Part shown: positions 1-13,574 of the stretch, one piece after another | Position numbering within the stretch: position 1 is the first letter of the stretch | Layout: each line of letters begins with the position of its first letter | From: Octopus vulgaris | Taxonomy: Eukaryota | Direction: 5' to 3' | Length of the DNA stretch: 64,000 bases | Assembly (NCBI GenBank): GCA_951406725.2 | Contig: OX597839.1 | Coordinates: forward strand, 30,628,001 to 30,692,000 | Notes under the pieces: model-generated | Told to the model about the DNA's origin: nothing | Seen by the model: only the letters and a program-made list of their open reading frames with translations | Database searches by the model: none | Position numbers and translations under genes: made by a program

Positions 1-149
1 TGAGTCTACAATTTAAAAAAAATTTACCATCATTTTTTCGTTTTTTTAATGCATTTTTTGCTCGGTTTATATAAGGGAAGTAACTCTCTAAAAATGCTTA
101 TATAGTTATTTCCCTTACAAACCCGAGCAACGCCGGGCGATACTGCTAG
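1..149 (+). mobile_element. Helitron 3' end (5' part lies outside the window), inserted into a LINE fragment
   Basis: Hairpin CCCGAGCAACGCCGGG (122-137) followed 8 nt later by CTAG (146-149) and then T. This is the canonical Helitron 3' terminus with an A|T target. LINE reading frame begins immediately after. Confidence 0.8.
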
Positions 150-709
150 TTTGGGATAAGCCAGTTAATCATAATGGAGATGCAATGCGGTTAAAGAAAG
201 TGAGGGAAGAAATAGTGAGCGAGAAGCTGCCGGATCTAAGATAAACTAGTGGACTAATGAGTAAAGTGTTAGGAAAAATGCCGAATTGGAAGGGCCCAGG
301 ACCAGATTTATTTAAAGGGTATTGGCTAAAGAAATTTAGTAGTTTACATGGGAGGCTGAAGGAACAACTTGAGGATTGCCTTAATAGAGGAATAATACCA
401 GAATGGATGAGTAGGAGGAGGACAATAGTCATCATGAAAGACAAAGGCAAGGGTAATACATCGAGCAACTACAGACCAATCACTTGCTTACTATTAGTGT
501 GGACGACGCTGTTAATAGGAATGCTTCGAGAGAGCATTTACGAGCACCTTAACAACCAGAATTTACTGTTAGAAGAACAGAAAGGTTGCAGGAAGAAGGC
601 TTGGGGAACACATGATCCAGGAGGATTCTTGGCAGCTAAGGTTACTTGTTGTAGCCCGATGTTTGGATTTTTTCTTTTCCAACAGTCTAATCTGTTGTGT
701 GTACATGAA

Positions 710-757
<48 letters not shown>
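150..757 (+). mobile_element. R4/Dong-like non-LTR retrotransposon fragment (RT N-terminal part, internal deletion, 3' end with (AAT)n tail)
   Basis: Translates as WDKPVNHN...MPNWKGPGPD...GYWLKKF...NYRPITCL...LLEEQKGCRK, typical R4/Dong RT domains 0-2. RT similarity stops near 615; an (AAT)n run follows at 709-757. Dong elements are known to target TAA repeats. Confidence 0.8.
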
Positions 758-1089
758 CTTTTCTACTATAACAACAACTAAATGATAATAATAATGATAG
801 GTCTGTTTGATGACGGCTGACCGTGGAGTTAATCATCCACCACCACCGTAGCCATCACCACAACCACCAGCCTGTACGATACGATGAAAGAAGTGATACG
901 TCAGCGTTTCTCATTGTTTTACAGACGCTGTGTAAGTTGAATGGTTTAAGAAGCGAAACTGGAGACTTTACTCTTATTTCATGGTCGTTTAGAAGCCGAG
1001 TTAAAAATGATCTTTTTTTCGTAACTCTGCAGCCAACTAACTTATTTAATCTAATTAAACGGATCTTCACTGCTCTCCCCTACACCTCC

Positions 1090-1212
1090 CATCTCTCTCT
1101 CCCTCACTTTGTCTCTCTCTCGCTCTCTCTCCCTCACTTTGTCTCTCTCTCTCTCTCTCTCCCTCACTTTGTCTCTCTCTCTCTCTCCCTCACTTTGTCT
1201 CTCTCTCGCTCT
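1090..1212. repeat. Minisatellite, about 4 copies of (CT)n-CCCTCACTTTGT
   Basis: CCCTCACTTTGT recurs four times separated by (CT)n. Confidence 0.85.
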
Positions 1213-1570
1213 CTAACAACCAAATAACCATGCTTAATTATCCAACAATTGTTTTATGGTAACTTCTGCTTGTCTCTGTCTGCCACTTTGTCACGCTCTC
1301 GCCCTTTGTGTGTGTTTATGAGATAAAAGTATAAACGGGATCTACAAATGTGTTGGTTATGCTTAAAAGGGTCTCTACAAATCCCAGTACATTTTCACCG
1401 CCATTACTGAACAGACAAAATGAAGCGTTCCCGAACGAATTCTGTCCACAGATTCTTCAAAACGTCCTCATTTCATGGGAAATCTAAACGTAGCGCCTTG
1501 AATCTCTCCATACAATTCTTAGTGACATCAATTAGAAATACATCATATACTTATTTAATTGAATTAAATC

Positions 1571-2097
1571 CGTAGTGAGGCGGAGAACCGGGAAAGTAAC
1601 AATGATAGAAATGACTGACCGTTACCTCTCCGTACTGGTACCCGTCGCTGATATAGATTTATTCAACATTTGCTAATCGCGACGCCAGTGTCTGTTCTGA
1701 CACTGATTTTCTATATATCGATGGCGGGGAGATGCTAGGAACAAAATCAATTTCCCTTCACCCAGAAGGTACGATGAAAAGACTTAATGATTTTTGTGGT
1801 GGCATTTTGAATGTCACAAATAGTAAAAGAACTAAGAATAGAAGGTCAGTTCAGTTGAACGGAAAACCATAACTGAATCGAAAAACACCGAGTTGACAGT
1901 TAAGGAAACTGATAAAAGAAGGCAGAGCAGTTATACTTCGAAGGATATTGGAATTTTATAGAAGTGTTGTTTTATTCTTGTTCGAAGAGACACTGTGGAA
2001 AGTTAAAAATTACAACCGAGAAAAAGGAATCAAAGGTCTTAGAACTTTTGCTATATTTATTCCTGAAAAGGATTCACCGGTCATCAACGTGACTACA
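1571..2097. mobile_element. Possible solo LTR
   Basis: About 530 bp of non-simple sequence with imperfectly inverted ends CGTAGTGAGGCGGAGAACCGG ... CCGGTCATCAACGTGACTACA (TG..CA-like, first base changed). No exact target-site duplication seen. Confidence 0.3.
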
Positions 2098-2131
2098 GAA
2101 TTAATTTAAATGTAAAGCTCGTCTTTCCTTG

Positions 2132-2166
<35 letters not shown>

Positions 2167-2329
2167 TAATAATAATAATAAAAATATCTTCAAAAAAGCT
2201 TCTTAAATAACTGAATCATATTTCGTTCATAAAAGCTTTTCATGAATTTTGAGTCTTTAATCTTTATTTTTGATATTATTTGGCGCCGGAAAAATTTCTT
2301 GATTTTATGTGTGTGTGTGTATGCACATA

Positions 2330-2725
2330 ATCTTTTACTTGTTTCAGTCATTTGACTGTGGCCATGCTGGAGCACCGCCTTTTTAGTCGAGCAAATCGAC
2401 CCCGGGACTTATTATTTGTAAGTCTTGTACTTATTCTATCGGTCTGTTTTGCCGAACCGCTAAGTTACAGGGACGTAAACACACCAGCATCGGTTGTCAA
2501 GCGATATTGGGGGGGACAAACACAGACACACAAACACACACATGCATATACACACATATATACGACAGGCTTCTTTCAATTTCCGTCTACCAAATCCACT
2601 CACAAGGCTTTGGTCGGCCTGAGGCTATAGTAGAAGACACTTGCCCAAGGTGCCACGTAGTAGGACTGAACCCTGAACCATGTGGTTCGTAAGCAAGCTA
2701 CTTACCACACAGCCACTCCTACGCC
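2330..2725 (-). mobile_element. tRNA-derived SINE family B, near full length
   Basis: Minus strand reads GGCGTAGGAGTGGCTGTGTGGTAAG...GGTTCAGTCC (A/B box-like), GGCACCTTGGGCAAGTGTCTTCTAC, an internal (TA)/(TG) tract and a tail ending GACTGAAACAAGTAAAAG. Matches many other copies in the window. Confidence 0.9.
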
Positions 2726-3084
2726 TATTTATGAGTCTATACTCCTACGTTTATGAGTCTATACTTAATACTTTGCATAATGCAAAAATCCTAGGCTCAA
2801 TGATTAGATCAACATTCCTTCTGCACCTATACCCACACAGCATTTTAATTATATTATCCATGCAGGGGTCGGCGAGATAGTCAGAAGCACGATTCCCGTT
2901 ATATTTGGATTAGAACAGAAACCAATTAGTGATATCTTGAATACATTTGATAATACGCACGTTTTGTTGGTTACATAACGAATAGTTATGTAGTTAGGAA
3001 TTTTCCTCAGTTAGAAAAGCGGATAACTACGTAAACTACTCATTACTCAGACAGTAAGGTAATACATATTAAGAGTACATAACA

Positions 3085-3460
3085 CTTTCTACTATAGGCT
3101 TCTGAAACTTGCGGGGAGGGGGATAATCTATTGCATCGACTCCTGTACTCAACTGGTACTTAATTCATCGACCCCGAAAGGAAAAGTCGACCTCGGCGGA
3201 ATTTGAACTCAAACATAAAGACAGCTGACGAAATATCTATTTCTTCACTACCCACAAGGAGCTAAACACAGAGGGGACAGACAAACGGATTAAGTCGATT
3301 ACATCGACCCCAGTGCGTAACTGGTACTTATTTAATCGACCCCGAAAGGATGAAAGGCAAAGTCGACCTCGGCGGAATTTGAACTCAGAACGTAGCGGCA
3401 GACGAAATACGGCTAAGCATTTCGCCCGGCGTGCTAACGTTTCTGCCAGCTCGCCGCCTT
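3085..3460 (-). mobile_element. tRNA-derived SINE family A, one full and one partial copy
   Basis: Minus strand AAGGCGGCGAGCTGGCAGAAACGTTAGCACGCCGGGCG...GAGTTCAAATTCC...GCCTTTCATCCTTTCGGGGTCGAT..AAGTACCAG. The central block resembles the MetaSINE-type domain. Confidence 0.9.
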
Positions 3461-3904
3461 TATTAAGAGCAAATCATAAACACGAATTTACATAATTAAA
3501 TTCCTCAGACTACAACTGTTTCAATCAAAGGAACTGCATGAAAGCCTCTCAGACTCATTCAGTAAACTTGAATATTCATTGGAGGAACAGGTTGTGTTTA
3601 CATTTCCACCTGCACCAGGTGATCCCATTCTGCAAAGAATCGTTATCAGAGAAGACTGTAAAAGAGCAATGAGTTTGAAGGGAAGGGTCTCTAGTTTCAG
3701 GAATTAAATTTATGATCGGGATTTAGAGACGAATGCCTCATGCTTGGCTGCTCGCCCCCCGACTTAGGCAGAAACAATGTCGCCATTCCATAAATAAATA
3801 TACCGTTACGTAGTCGCAGTGCGCGCACACGCATACATACACGTACTCGCGTACACACATATTTCTGAAAACACATATATACATACATATACATACATAT
3901 ATAT

Positions 3905-3949
<45 letters not shown>

Positions 3950-3966
3950 CATATATATATATAGAC

Positions 3967-4025
<59 letters not shown>

Positions 4026-4054
4026 AGAGAGAGATATGCATACTTAAATTCATA

Positions 4055-4460
4055 TGGTGTGGTAAGAAGTTTGCTTCCCAACCACATGGCTCTGGGTTCT
4101 GTGTGGCCCCTTAGGCAAATATCTTTTACTATAGCCTCAGGCCGACTAAAGCCTTGCGAGTGGAGTTGGTGGACGGGAACTGAAAGAAACCCGTCGTATA
4201 TATATGTATGTATGTGTGTATGTGTGTGTGTGTGTGTGTGTGTGTTGCTGTCTGTCTCTCTGTCTGTCATTGTGTTTGTCCCCATCATCGCTTGACAACC
4301 GATGTTTGTAAATTAGCAGTTCGGCAAATGAGACTGATTGAATAAGTACCAGATATTATATAAAAAAATAGTATTGGGGGTCGAGCCATTCGACTGAAAA
4401 CTCTTCAAAGCGATGCCCCAGCATGACCGCAGTCTAATGACTGAAACAAATAAAAGATAA
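4055..4460 (+). mobile_element. SINE family B
   Basis: Head GGTGTGGTAAGAAGTTTGCTTCCCAACCACATGG, internal (TG)n and tail GCATGACCGCAGTCTAATGACTGAAACAA. Confidence 0.85.
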
Positions 4461-7010
4461 TGACATGCATTATTTGTGGTTCTGTTTTCATTAAGGTCAG
4501 AAGCTGGCAGAATTGTCCGTGTGTCAGACGATATGCGTAACGGCGTTTCTTCGGCTCTTTGCATTCTGAGCTCAAATACCGTCTAGGACAACTCTGTCAT
4601 CTTTTCGCGGTCGACTTTTACTGACTGGCATTTATAAAGTACCAACAAAGTACTGGCGTTGGTGAAGTCGTTTAGCCCGATCTCCTCACCTATAGCTATC
4701 ATCATTACAATTGCTCGCCTCCTCAATCCAATTTATTCAGTAAGTGTTCATATAACTACTAGATATGCGAAGTTTTTTCTTATCAATTGTAATATTAAAG
4801 TTCCTGGTCGGATAGATATTATTTTGTAAGTACTAGAGTTATTTCTAATCTTCCTACCCGCCTTCCCGAACACATCCATGTATTGTTATTCCTACGATCT
4901 CTATTTCTATAACTATCAGATAATATAGGTCCCTATCGATAGTTATATAAGAAACCTTCTCATATCATCTGCTCAAGGTTTTCGCTGCAGTACCAAGCAT
5001 TATCATTAGATACTTTTTTTTTATTTGCAGATAACTGTGATAACCTTTTCGACACATTCCTTACTACTCGATTAATAAAAGACCTAGGTTGGTTAGAATG
5101 CTTTTGGTTATAGTGCAAGTCTTCGTTTATTTATTGTATTGGTTGTATAATCCATGTAGAAATATCCATGGTAACATCCCAGAAATTTACGACTCCAGAA
5201 CTAAACAAAATACATTAGGCCGTTTTACAATAGTCGTCTGTCTCTCACGCGGTGACGTTTTGTTTTACACTGTTCTGGACAAGATGCGAACCCCTGTCTG
5301 CTAGTTGGGTGCTCCCTCGACTGAACTATTGCCCTATATTACTAAACGAACAGGTTTTATAAGTACTATTGCTTTGTAATCTTGACATTTGATACCCCGT
5401 TGTAGAAGGAAGTCAAAACACACAGCCCTATCTTCACCAAAGCATGGACAATCAATTGACTCAGACAGTTTTATGTTTGGTGTGTCTTAAGTTGATTCAG
5501 TAAAGAATTATTTGGAACATTAATAAAATACAATGTTACCAACATGGCGTGTGAATCGATAAACTGATATTCTATGTGGTTTTTTTTGCTTGATCGTTTT
5601 CGTTTACTATTTTCGCTCTCTATTTTTTAAAGATAAAAATATATTTGTGAGAAAATTGTTTTTGTTAATTGGTACACAATTCTATAAGAAATCTGTAATA
5701 TTTTGCGGTTGCTATAACAATAATAATAATTTATTTTATCGACCCTGAAAGGATGAAATGACTGCGGCTGGATTTGAACTCCGGTTGTAAAGAGCTGGAA
5801 GAAATACTGAAAATTATTTTTTCCATTGCTCCTACGCTACTTCTGTGATCCTTTCACAATGTGCTCCATTAGTAACAAGCAAAAGTGCCTCCTGGAGCAG
5901 TCTGCTCTGCCCCCCCCCCCCCCCGCCTCTAGCTACGCTGGTACTCTAACAAAATCTCAACGCTTTCTTATTATGTTTCCACAATTCATGAGAATGTATG
6001 ATTAGAATTAATTAAAGAAATAAGAGATTATGCACTCACGTGGTACGTGTGTATCGATCGAATGGAATTGAGGCGTTGGAGAAAGAAACTGTTTCCCGTC
6101 AAGAAACAAGACTCTTTCATTGGAATTTAGATATCAACACATTGAATACATATAACCCTGGGCTTTACTGTTTGAATTTCTCACTATAGATTTACATATG
6201 TTTTCCACATCTACCTACCTACCTACCTACCTACCTACCTACCTACCTACATACATACATACATACATACATACATACATACATACATACATACATACAT
6301 ACATAGTATATATATATGTATGTACACATGTATGTATATGTGTGCATACGTACAAATAGGTTCAGGCGTAGATGTTATTGTATTTATGGATCTTAGTAAT
6401 TTTTGCTAAACTTCCTCAATGTTTTGCATATTTTGACAGTGCCTTTGACTATTTATAACTGTAATCTCTTGATTAGTGATGTTTTTTCTGGTTGTGTGAG
6501 TTTCAACTTCTGATGATAGGTACAGAGGCAGTATTTCACGTAGCCAAGTGCTCCAAGCATTATGGCTAGAAATCTTCAATTACAGTCCAGATTTTCCATC
6601 AGTTTGCCATTGATGTTTTCCTTTTTCCCGAACCTTTTAATATTATCTTGACATCAGCTGGGCGGCTAATTTCAAAAACAACTGTTTTGGTTTCTTTCCT
6701 CTCTCCGATCACTATGCACGCGTCTATGCATGCAAACATGTATATCGACATTCGCCACAGTGTGTTTCAATAATGATTTATGAATGTATTGTTTGTCTGA
6801 GTGAGTAGATATACATATCTGCTTCTCATTGCATATTAATGTGAAATTAAACTCCACGACGACGACGTCTCTCTTTTTAAATGAAACTTAAATCATTTAA
6901 TTTTCAAGGTAAAACGGACGGGATTTCAACAATGTTGTTTTCGCTTTACAATCATTTATTTTCCTTTATCATCATCAGCAGCAGCAACACCACCACCGCC
7001 ACTACTACTG

Positions 7011-7051
<41 letters not shown>

Positions 7052-7716
7052 GTCACCGTCAGTTTTACAGTTTTTATTTTATGTTTCTATTTCAAACAGT
7101 ATCGAATGTATTGTGTTTAATTTTCTTGCTCCAGTGAATATTATAATTACAAAAATATTAAAAAGAAAAATATAAGAAAATTTGAAAGAAAAAGGAAGAA
7201 AAACTTGCGAATTAATTTTCTGCCTCAAAAGATTTCTTTAAAGATATTCTGTTTGTTTATTTTATTCTTACAAAATGTGTTGGGCGAGTTTGAGGGGAAA
7301 TGGTGTGAGAGAGGACATTTCGCCTGGGCTCCGTCATTGCAGAGAAGCAGACAGGAACTCATGCACCTCTTATGACTTGGCAGGTTACAAACAGGATTTC
7401 TTATGCTAAAGACATCTAACTGTCAGGTGGTTTGCTTAAATGCATTTCGGTCATCCAGCCAATAGCTGGAATCCTTTCCCCGAAGGGCTGCCACACATTT
7501 TGCGGTTACCAAATTTCAACCATGACAATTGCCCAACATGCTGTGCAGCCGAAACGAAGCCGGAACGATGCCATTGCGAATCAGACATCTTGACCACACG
7601 GCCATGCCTACCTATGTCCTTTTTAATTTATCCTCTTACATGAGTGTGTGCGAGTGGCGAAGTCTTACACACTGTAAATATGAGCTCCATCTGATTGCAG
7701 GACCAGGTGGTGTCAT

Positions 7717-7759
7717 GTGGTCTCTGATGATGACTTAGACTCGAAACTAGCCAGACCAC
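7717..7759 (+). ncRNA. Minimal type I hammerhead-like motif (cleavage triplet mutated)
   Basis: GTGGTCT-CTGATGA-tgacttagactc-GAAA-CTAG-CC-AGACCAC. Perfect 7-bp stem I and palindromic stem III. The expected GTC reads GCC and stem II is poor. Confidence 0.65.
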
Positions 7760-8486
7760 TCCCTCATTGCTGAGTCACCCACAGGTTAAAAATTTGTTTG
7801 CATTTGTTCACCTGAATCTGAACTCCCTTTAAAGCTTTTCTCAGTTTTAAATCGAGTTTCATACAAACACGTGCTTCTCTGTTTAACTTGCATCAAATCC
7901 CCAACTACGATAAGCATTCAATCACTGACTTGGCGTGTAGTTTCTATTTGACCGAAGCAGAAAGACCACTCATATACAACACCACAGTCGCGAGTGCACT
8001 GCTTCATAGTCAAGCGTCCTTTTTGTTGTTTATATCTGTCTACCTTTTTGTCAGTCTGTTTGCCTGTGCATGCATACATGTCGCATGTCACAACGACGCC
8101 TCGACGACAGGATTTGAACTGGAAAGACACAAACGCACACAGTTATATATACTTTGCCTCGAGGTGTCTGTGGATCAGGTGTGAACCCTAGAAGCGGGCA
8201 GTGCTTCTATGAGTAGCGTTAATTGGGCACAAACTGGGGCTTGGATCAATCCCGACAAGGCCGCTTGAGTGAAGGTGTCTGTTGAAAGACCTGAAACACC
8301 AAAGGACCCCAGGAAAATTCACTGATGATGTGTCTAAGTGCGCCACAGGATGATGTGGGCATGTGTGTACGTACACACACAAACATACACACACACAGTT
8401 CAAATTTATAGAAAACAAAAGACGAAGATAGGTGGAGGAACAATGGGCTGGTGTATTAGTTTGACGCTTGAGAAGAATGGAAAACT

Positions 8487-8523
8487 CTGTGACACTTCGA
8501 GCTTACGCTCTTCGACAGAAAGA
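8487..8523 (-). ncRNA. Degenerate hammerhead-like motif in a Penelope-like repeat end
   Basis: Minus strand TTT-CTGTCGA-A-GAGC-GTAA-GCTC-GAAG-TG-TC, followed downstream by AGCGTCAAACTAATA shared with copies at 26.0 and 51.3 kb. Confidence 0.5.
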
Positions 8524-8535
8524 GTTGAGAGGAGA

Positions 8536-8592
<57 letters not shown>

Positions 8593-8680
8593 AAATCCAA
8601 GAAAGAGAAAAATGTGTAGGGATTAACGGTTCAACATGATGAAATATATTTACTTTTTATTAAAGCCGAAAGTATCTTCA

Positions 8681-8742
<62 letters not shown>

Positions 8743-8752
<10 letters not shown>

Positions 8753-9018
8753 GCATTCTTTTTGTCTCGGGAGACAATGGATTTGCGCATAAAATAATCT
8801 AGTCCGGCTTTTTACATTTCATGTCCTAATACATCTCCTGCTGTGGCTGTGTAGTCCTATCCTGGACAAACACTCCCTCTGGTAGTGGGTAGCGATTTTC
8901 TTCACTACTTCAGCGAGTGACGACCCTGTCTGACACGAGTCCTGGGCTCAGCTAGCTCCGGTTGACAGTACCCGGTATGGGCCCCTATCCAGGATTACGG
9001 AAAGGAGACAACCTTCAA
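8743..9018 (-). mobile_element. Short RTE/BovB-tailed retroelement-like repeat
   Basis: Plus strand begins GTTGTTGTTGGCATTC..TGTCTCGGGAGACAATGG, resembling the reverse of BovB-type 3' ends with a (CAA)n tail. Sits inside a (TA)n run. Confidence 0.4.
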
Positions 9019-9037
9019 AGAATATATATATATATAT

Positions 9038-9092
<55 letters not shown>

Positions 9093-9744
9093 CTACCATT
9101 CCAGTTTTTGTCACAAGGTATTAGTGAATGCAAAACCAAAGTAAAAGACATTTGTACATTCGGTGGAACCCAACTCGAAACAACGTGGCAGCAATTCGGT
9201 CTCCTCAACCACCTCACTCCACCCCGTGCCTGTTTATTGTATATGAAGACGCACGTGTATTAGTTATTGTGTTTATTGACTATTTGACCACTCAGTAGGT
9301 TATTAACCTGAAGGTAATTAATGAATGATATGATTCCTATAAAACTCCTTATTGGCCATGATTAGAACGGTGTTGGTCAAAGCTCTGTCGACCAACAATG
9401 TCAGCTATAACAATTACATCACGTTCAAGTCTAAGCCAGGAAGAGCTGACTTCTAGAAATAGCAATCAGATCTCCCTCAAATGAACTCTATTACTAATAT
9501 TTCATTATGGGAGTGGTGGGATATGAAGGGAAAAGTTTCTTATATCGGCCCCATGATTCGACAGCTAGATTTAAAAGACAAACTCAACCTCAGCACGTGA
9601 TAAATCGAACCTAAATATCGATTTCTAACAATGGTTCACAACCAAATATCGACCCCTGGAAGGGCAGAATGGCAAAGTTGACATTGGCTTCGTTTGAACT
9701 CAGAAGGTTAAGGATTATAACAAGCAATGCCCTTATTTTAATTA

Positions 9745-9906
9745 CCATATTTCAACGCGTATAAGGAACCCTTTTTTGTGAAAAACCAGGTTTAAAAAAT
9801 ACGCGAGTTTCTTATACATGGATAGTATTATAATCCCTTACAAAACTTTTTTTTTAAATTTGAAGCCCCCAAAATTAGGGTGTTCCTTATACACGTTAAA
9901 ATACGG
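9745..9906. mobile_element. Tc1/mariner-type MITE
   Basis: TIRs CCATATTTCAACGCGTATAAGGAACCC / GGGTGTTCCTTATACACGTTAAAATACGG flanked by TA on both sides. Confidence 0.75.
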
Positions 9907-10293
9907 TAGTAACTCTGTTATTCTATTCTTCGTCGTTCTGTGTCAAACAAGACAATTATTAGAATATCATTCTCATTTTATTTCTCTCGTTCAACGCCTT
10001 TTTTTGTTCGCGTTGATTTTCAATTATTTCTGAATTCTTTTGAAATATTAATCGTCGTCGTTGGACAACATGTGACAATTCAAATGTAATATGTATCCTT
10101 GGGTGCATATATCTATATATCTGCGTGTATGTGTGTGTGTGTATGTGTGTGTGTGTATGTATGTATATGATAAATTATACATTTTCATGCGTATAGATGT
10201 ATTTATTCATATAATTGTGTAGTCATACATTTTTATGTGTATTATATAGTTATGCATTTATTCATATAATTGTATAATCATCATAAATTATAC

Positions 10294-10352
<59 letters not shown>

Positions 10353-10717
10353 TGTGAATATTTTTTGAATGTATTTATGTATAAAATATTTAAAATTACT
10401 TAAAGATCATAAATTTTAATGTGTGCGTATGTATGATTGATTGAATATATGTATATATATCTGTGTATGTATATATATATATGTGTTTGTGTGTGTGTGT
10501 TATATACACTCATTAAAAATTTTGATAAGTTTTATACATAAATATAATTGATCATCATAAACCTTAATGCACGTGTGTGTGTGTGTCTGTGTGTCACTCG
10601 AAATTGTGACTATTTTTGGTCGACAACTGATGAAGGATGAGAGCGTTCTCTTCCTTTGTGTGTCTTTTCCTGCTTTCTGCATGTTCCTTTTCCTACGTCT
10701 TCCTTCTGTGTCACATT

Positions 10718-10812
<95 letters not shown>

Positions 10813-11206
10813 TTACATATATGTATTCCTGTGTATAATTGCTTAATCTTCATGAAGTTAATGTTTGTATGTATGAGTGAAAGAATATATATGGCTGAAT
10901 GGTTAACAAATTCATTTCGCAACCACGTCGTGTTGGGTTCAATCCCAATGCCTGATATTATGGTCGCGTGCATTTTAACGTAGCTTTGGGTAGATGGAAG
11001 TTTTGTTAGAGTAACCGGTGGACGGAAACTATGTCGAAGCCTTTGAGTGAATTATTACTGGGCCAGCCTTTGCACACAATGTGATAAGTCGATTCTGTTG
11101 TTAAGAATATACGTGTCTGTGGTATACACAACCACTGACAAGTAATTCACTTGATTTAACAATAATCATCGTCAACAGCAACAAAGGGTTCATTCATGTA
11201 TAAATA

Positions 11207-11238
<32 letters not shown>

Positions 11239-11289
11239 TGTGCGCGCGCGCGCGCCTGCTTGTCTGTGTGTCCATCTCTCAGTCACCAT

Positions 11290-12010
11290 TTAATATACTC
11301 ACTCCTAAGTGGTCTTCAGGCGCACTACTTTCCAACCATGATTATTTCTGGCCCTGCGCACCCCATCACTGGATGGTCATTGGCTCCTCTGAGTTCATCC
11401 ACCCATTGACAGTTATCCTTTTCCTTCTCGCAGAAGCTCTAAATTACCCTCATCAAATTTAGCGGGGTTACCCCGTTCTCGACCATGCAACAGCCCAAAT
11501 TGGGTAACATGGTACTTTATATGTAAAACTTGAGGAGTCATCAGCTTCTGATTGTCCCAGTCCATGTTGGGGTACCGGAAAGAAGGCTGTTCTATTTGAA
11601 AAGTGAGTGCAGTTCCGTGTACACTAGAGTTAAATTCACACAACAGGACTCTTTAGGGGAAACACACCGTAGATCTCTCACAAAATCCTTTGGTAATGGG
11701 CAGTAGTGGAACATAGAGACTTGACCAGTTGAATAAATGTTATTGTAAACTTGCATTTTGGCGGCTTGGGATAATGGTTGCTTCTTTTTCAAATTGAGGG
11801 ATGAGAGATTTAGAAATACCTTGAGTGACCGAGCGGCCTTTTCCAGGGACAGAACTGACCACCTGGTAACCAACACCCAGAAAAGTTGGTCTAAACAAAA
11901 ATCACCTTATTCTGAAACTGGCAAACAACCCTGCAGATGGAAGTTGTCCTCTTTTTCTCTGGGAGCATCCAAAAAGCTTACAAATTTGCAAGAACTGATA
12001 ATACTCGGAC
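11290..12010 (-). mobile_element. Heavily decayed Gypsy-like pol remnant
   Basis: Broken minus-strand translations (LPSAGLF...FLG..., SLEKAARSLKVFL) loosely resemble the RT C-terminus and RT-RNase H linker. No intact catalytic motif seen. Confidence 0.3.
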
Positions 12011-12249
12011 ACAAGTTGTGTGTGTGTGTGTGTGTGTGTGTGCAATGTATGTATGTGTGTATGTAATGTTCGCAATGTGTAGATGTAATGTGTTCTGTAT
12101 GTATGTATGTTATGTATGTGTGTGTTTGTGTATATATTATCTGTTCCTACTCGATGGGGCACAAGAATTATCTCTGGTCTGTTTGGCTAATATTCTAGTT
12201 ATTTCACATGAACATTCCGCCATCATTCTTTCATATTAAAACGGATTAT

Positions 12250-12660
12250 ACCCATCACGTCACCATTAGCAATGTTTTGCCAGAATTCAAGAGAATGTGT
12301 GTTGGCAAGCCAGTCATAAGACAGGAATTTCAAAATCAAGCTTCAATCGCATTTTGAAGTTATCATTGGAAACTATTACATTGCAAGAGTAGTCTGTGGT
12401 CCCTCGGGAAAGTACTCCGGACTGAGGAGTCCAGTATTGCGGAGTGGTACTTGGCAAGACGTGTAAAAAATACTCACTTTCCAATAAAGGCCGTCTGGAG
12501 TGATAAAGCTACATTTTAATTCAAAAGGCTCAATAAATCGCTACAGTGGAACCTAAAAGGGACAAGGGCGTTTGTATATTGGGGAGGAACATCATGTTAA
12601 GTATGATGCGGTTTTTCATCTAAATGACTAGTGGACCATTTTTTTGGCAGTATTGTGACT
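12250..12660 (+). mobile_element. Decayed Tc1/mariner transposase fragment
   Basis: GTCTGGAGTGATAAAGCTACATTT = VWSDKATF, followed after a frameshift by GSINR, resembling the first-D motif WSDEATF..GS.NR. Confidence 0.45.
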
Positions 12661-12664
12661 GTCA

Positions 12665-12708
12665 TATATATGTGTACGTGTGTGTGTGTATGTATATGTA
12701 TATATGTA

Positions 12709-12765
<57 letters not shown>

Positions 12766-12845
12766 CTCCCCCTCTCTCTCTCTATATATATATATGTATG
12801 TATATATATATATGTATGTATATGTATATATATATATATGTATAT

Positions 12846-12924
<79 letters not shown>

Positions 12925-13000
12925 TGTATATATGTATGTATATATATATATGTATATCTGTATATATATATATATATGTATGTATATATATATGTATATA

Positions 13001-13090
<90 letters not shown>

Positions 13091-13104
13091 ATGTATATGT
13101 ATAT
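12665..13104. repeat. Compound microsatellite (TG)n/(TCTA)n/(TA,TATG)n
   Basis: Directly visible; source of several spurious ORFs. Confidence 0.95.
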
Positions 13105-13471
13105 AAACAAACACCTTTGCTTTCCTTCTCTGAGCGTGTTATTAATACGTTGCATGCATCTGATCCTCGCGTTGTTGTTTTTCTTTTCGTTTTTCCTCCG
13201 TTTTTTAAAAAATTAATTATATATAAATGGCGGTGCATCAGCATTGCCGCAGCTCTGAGCTGAAACTCGAGAGAGAGAGAGAGAGAGAACACTTCAATAT
13301 GTGTGTTTGCTGACAGCAGTATACATGCATGCATATGTATGTTTTTGGCTTCAATGTTTGTGATGCAAATGAATGTTAAAAAGTTAATGTAGTGCATTAT
13401 ATATGCAGGCACATATGTTGTTAGATGTATACATACATTATATATAATAAGCTTGGTTTCAAACGTGACCG

Positions 13472-13518
<47 letters not shown>

Positions 13519-13574
13519 CCAAATGACTCTGTGTATGTGTTTGTGAATAAACACTTGTTTATGCAAACAGGTGC

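Noticed and set aside
12624-13412. Long overlapping ORFs rich in Y/I/C/V/H/T (also at 3.7-4.3, 38.4-39.2, 49.9-50.7 and 55.0-55.4 kb)
   Set aside because: Translations of dinucleotide microsatellites, open in several frames on both strands.
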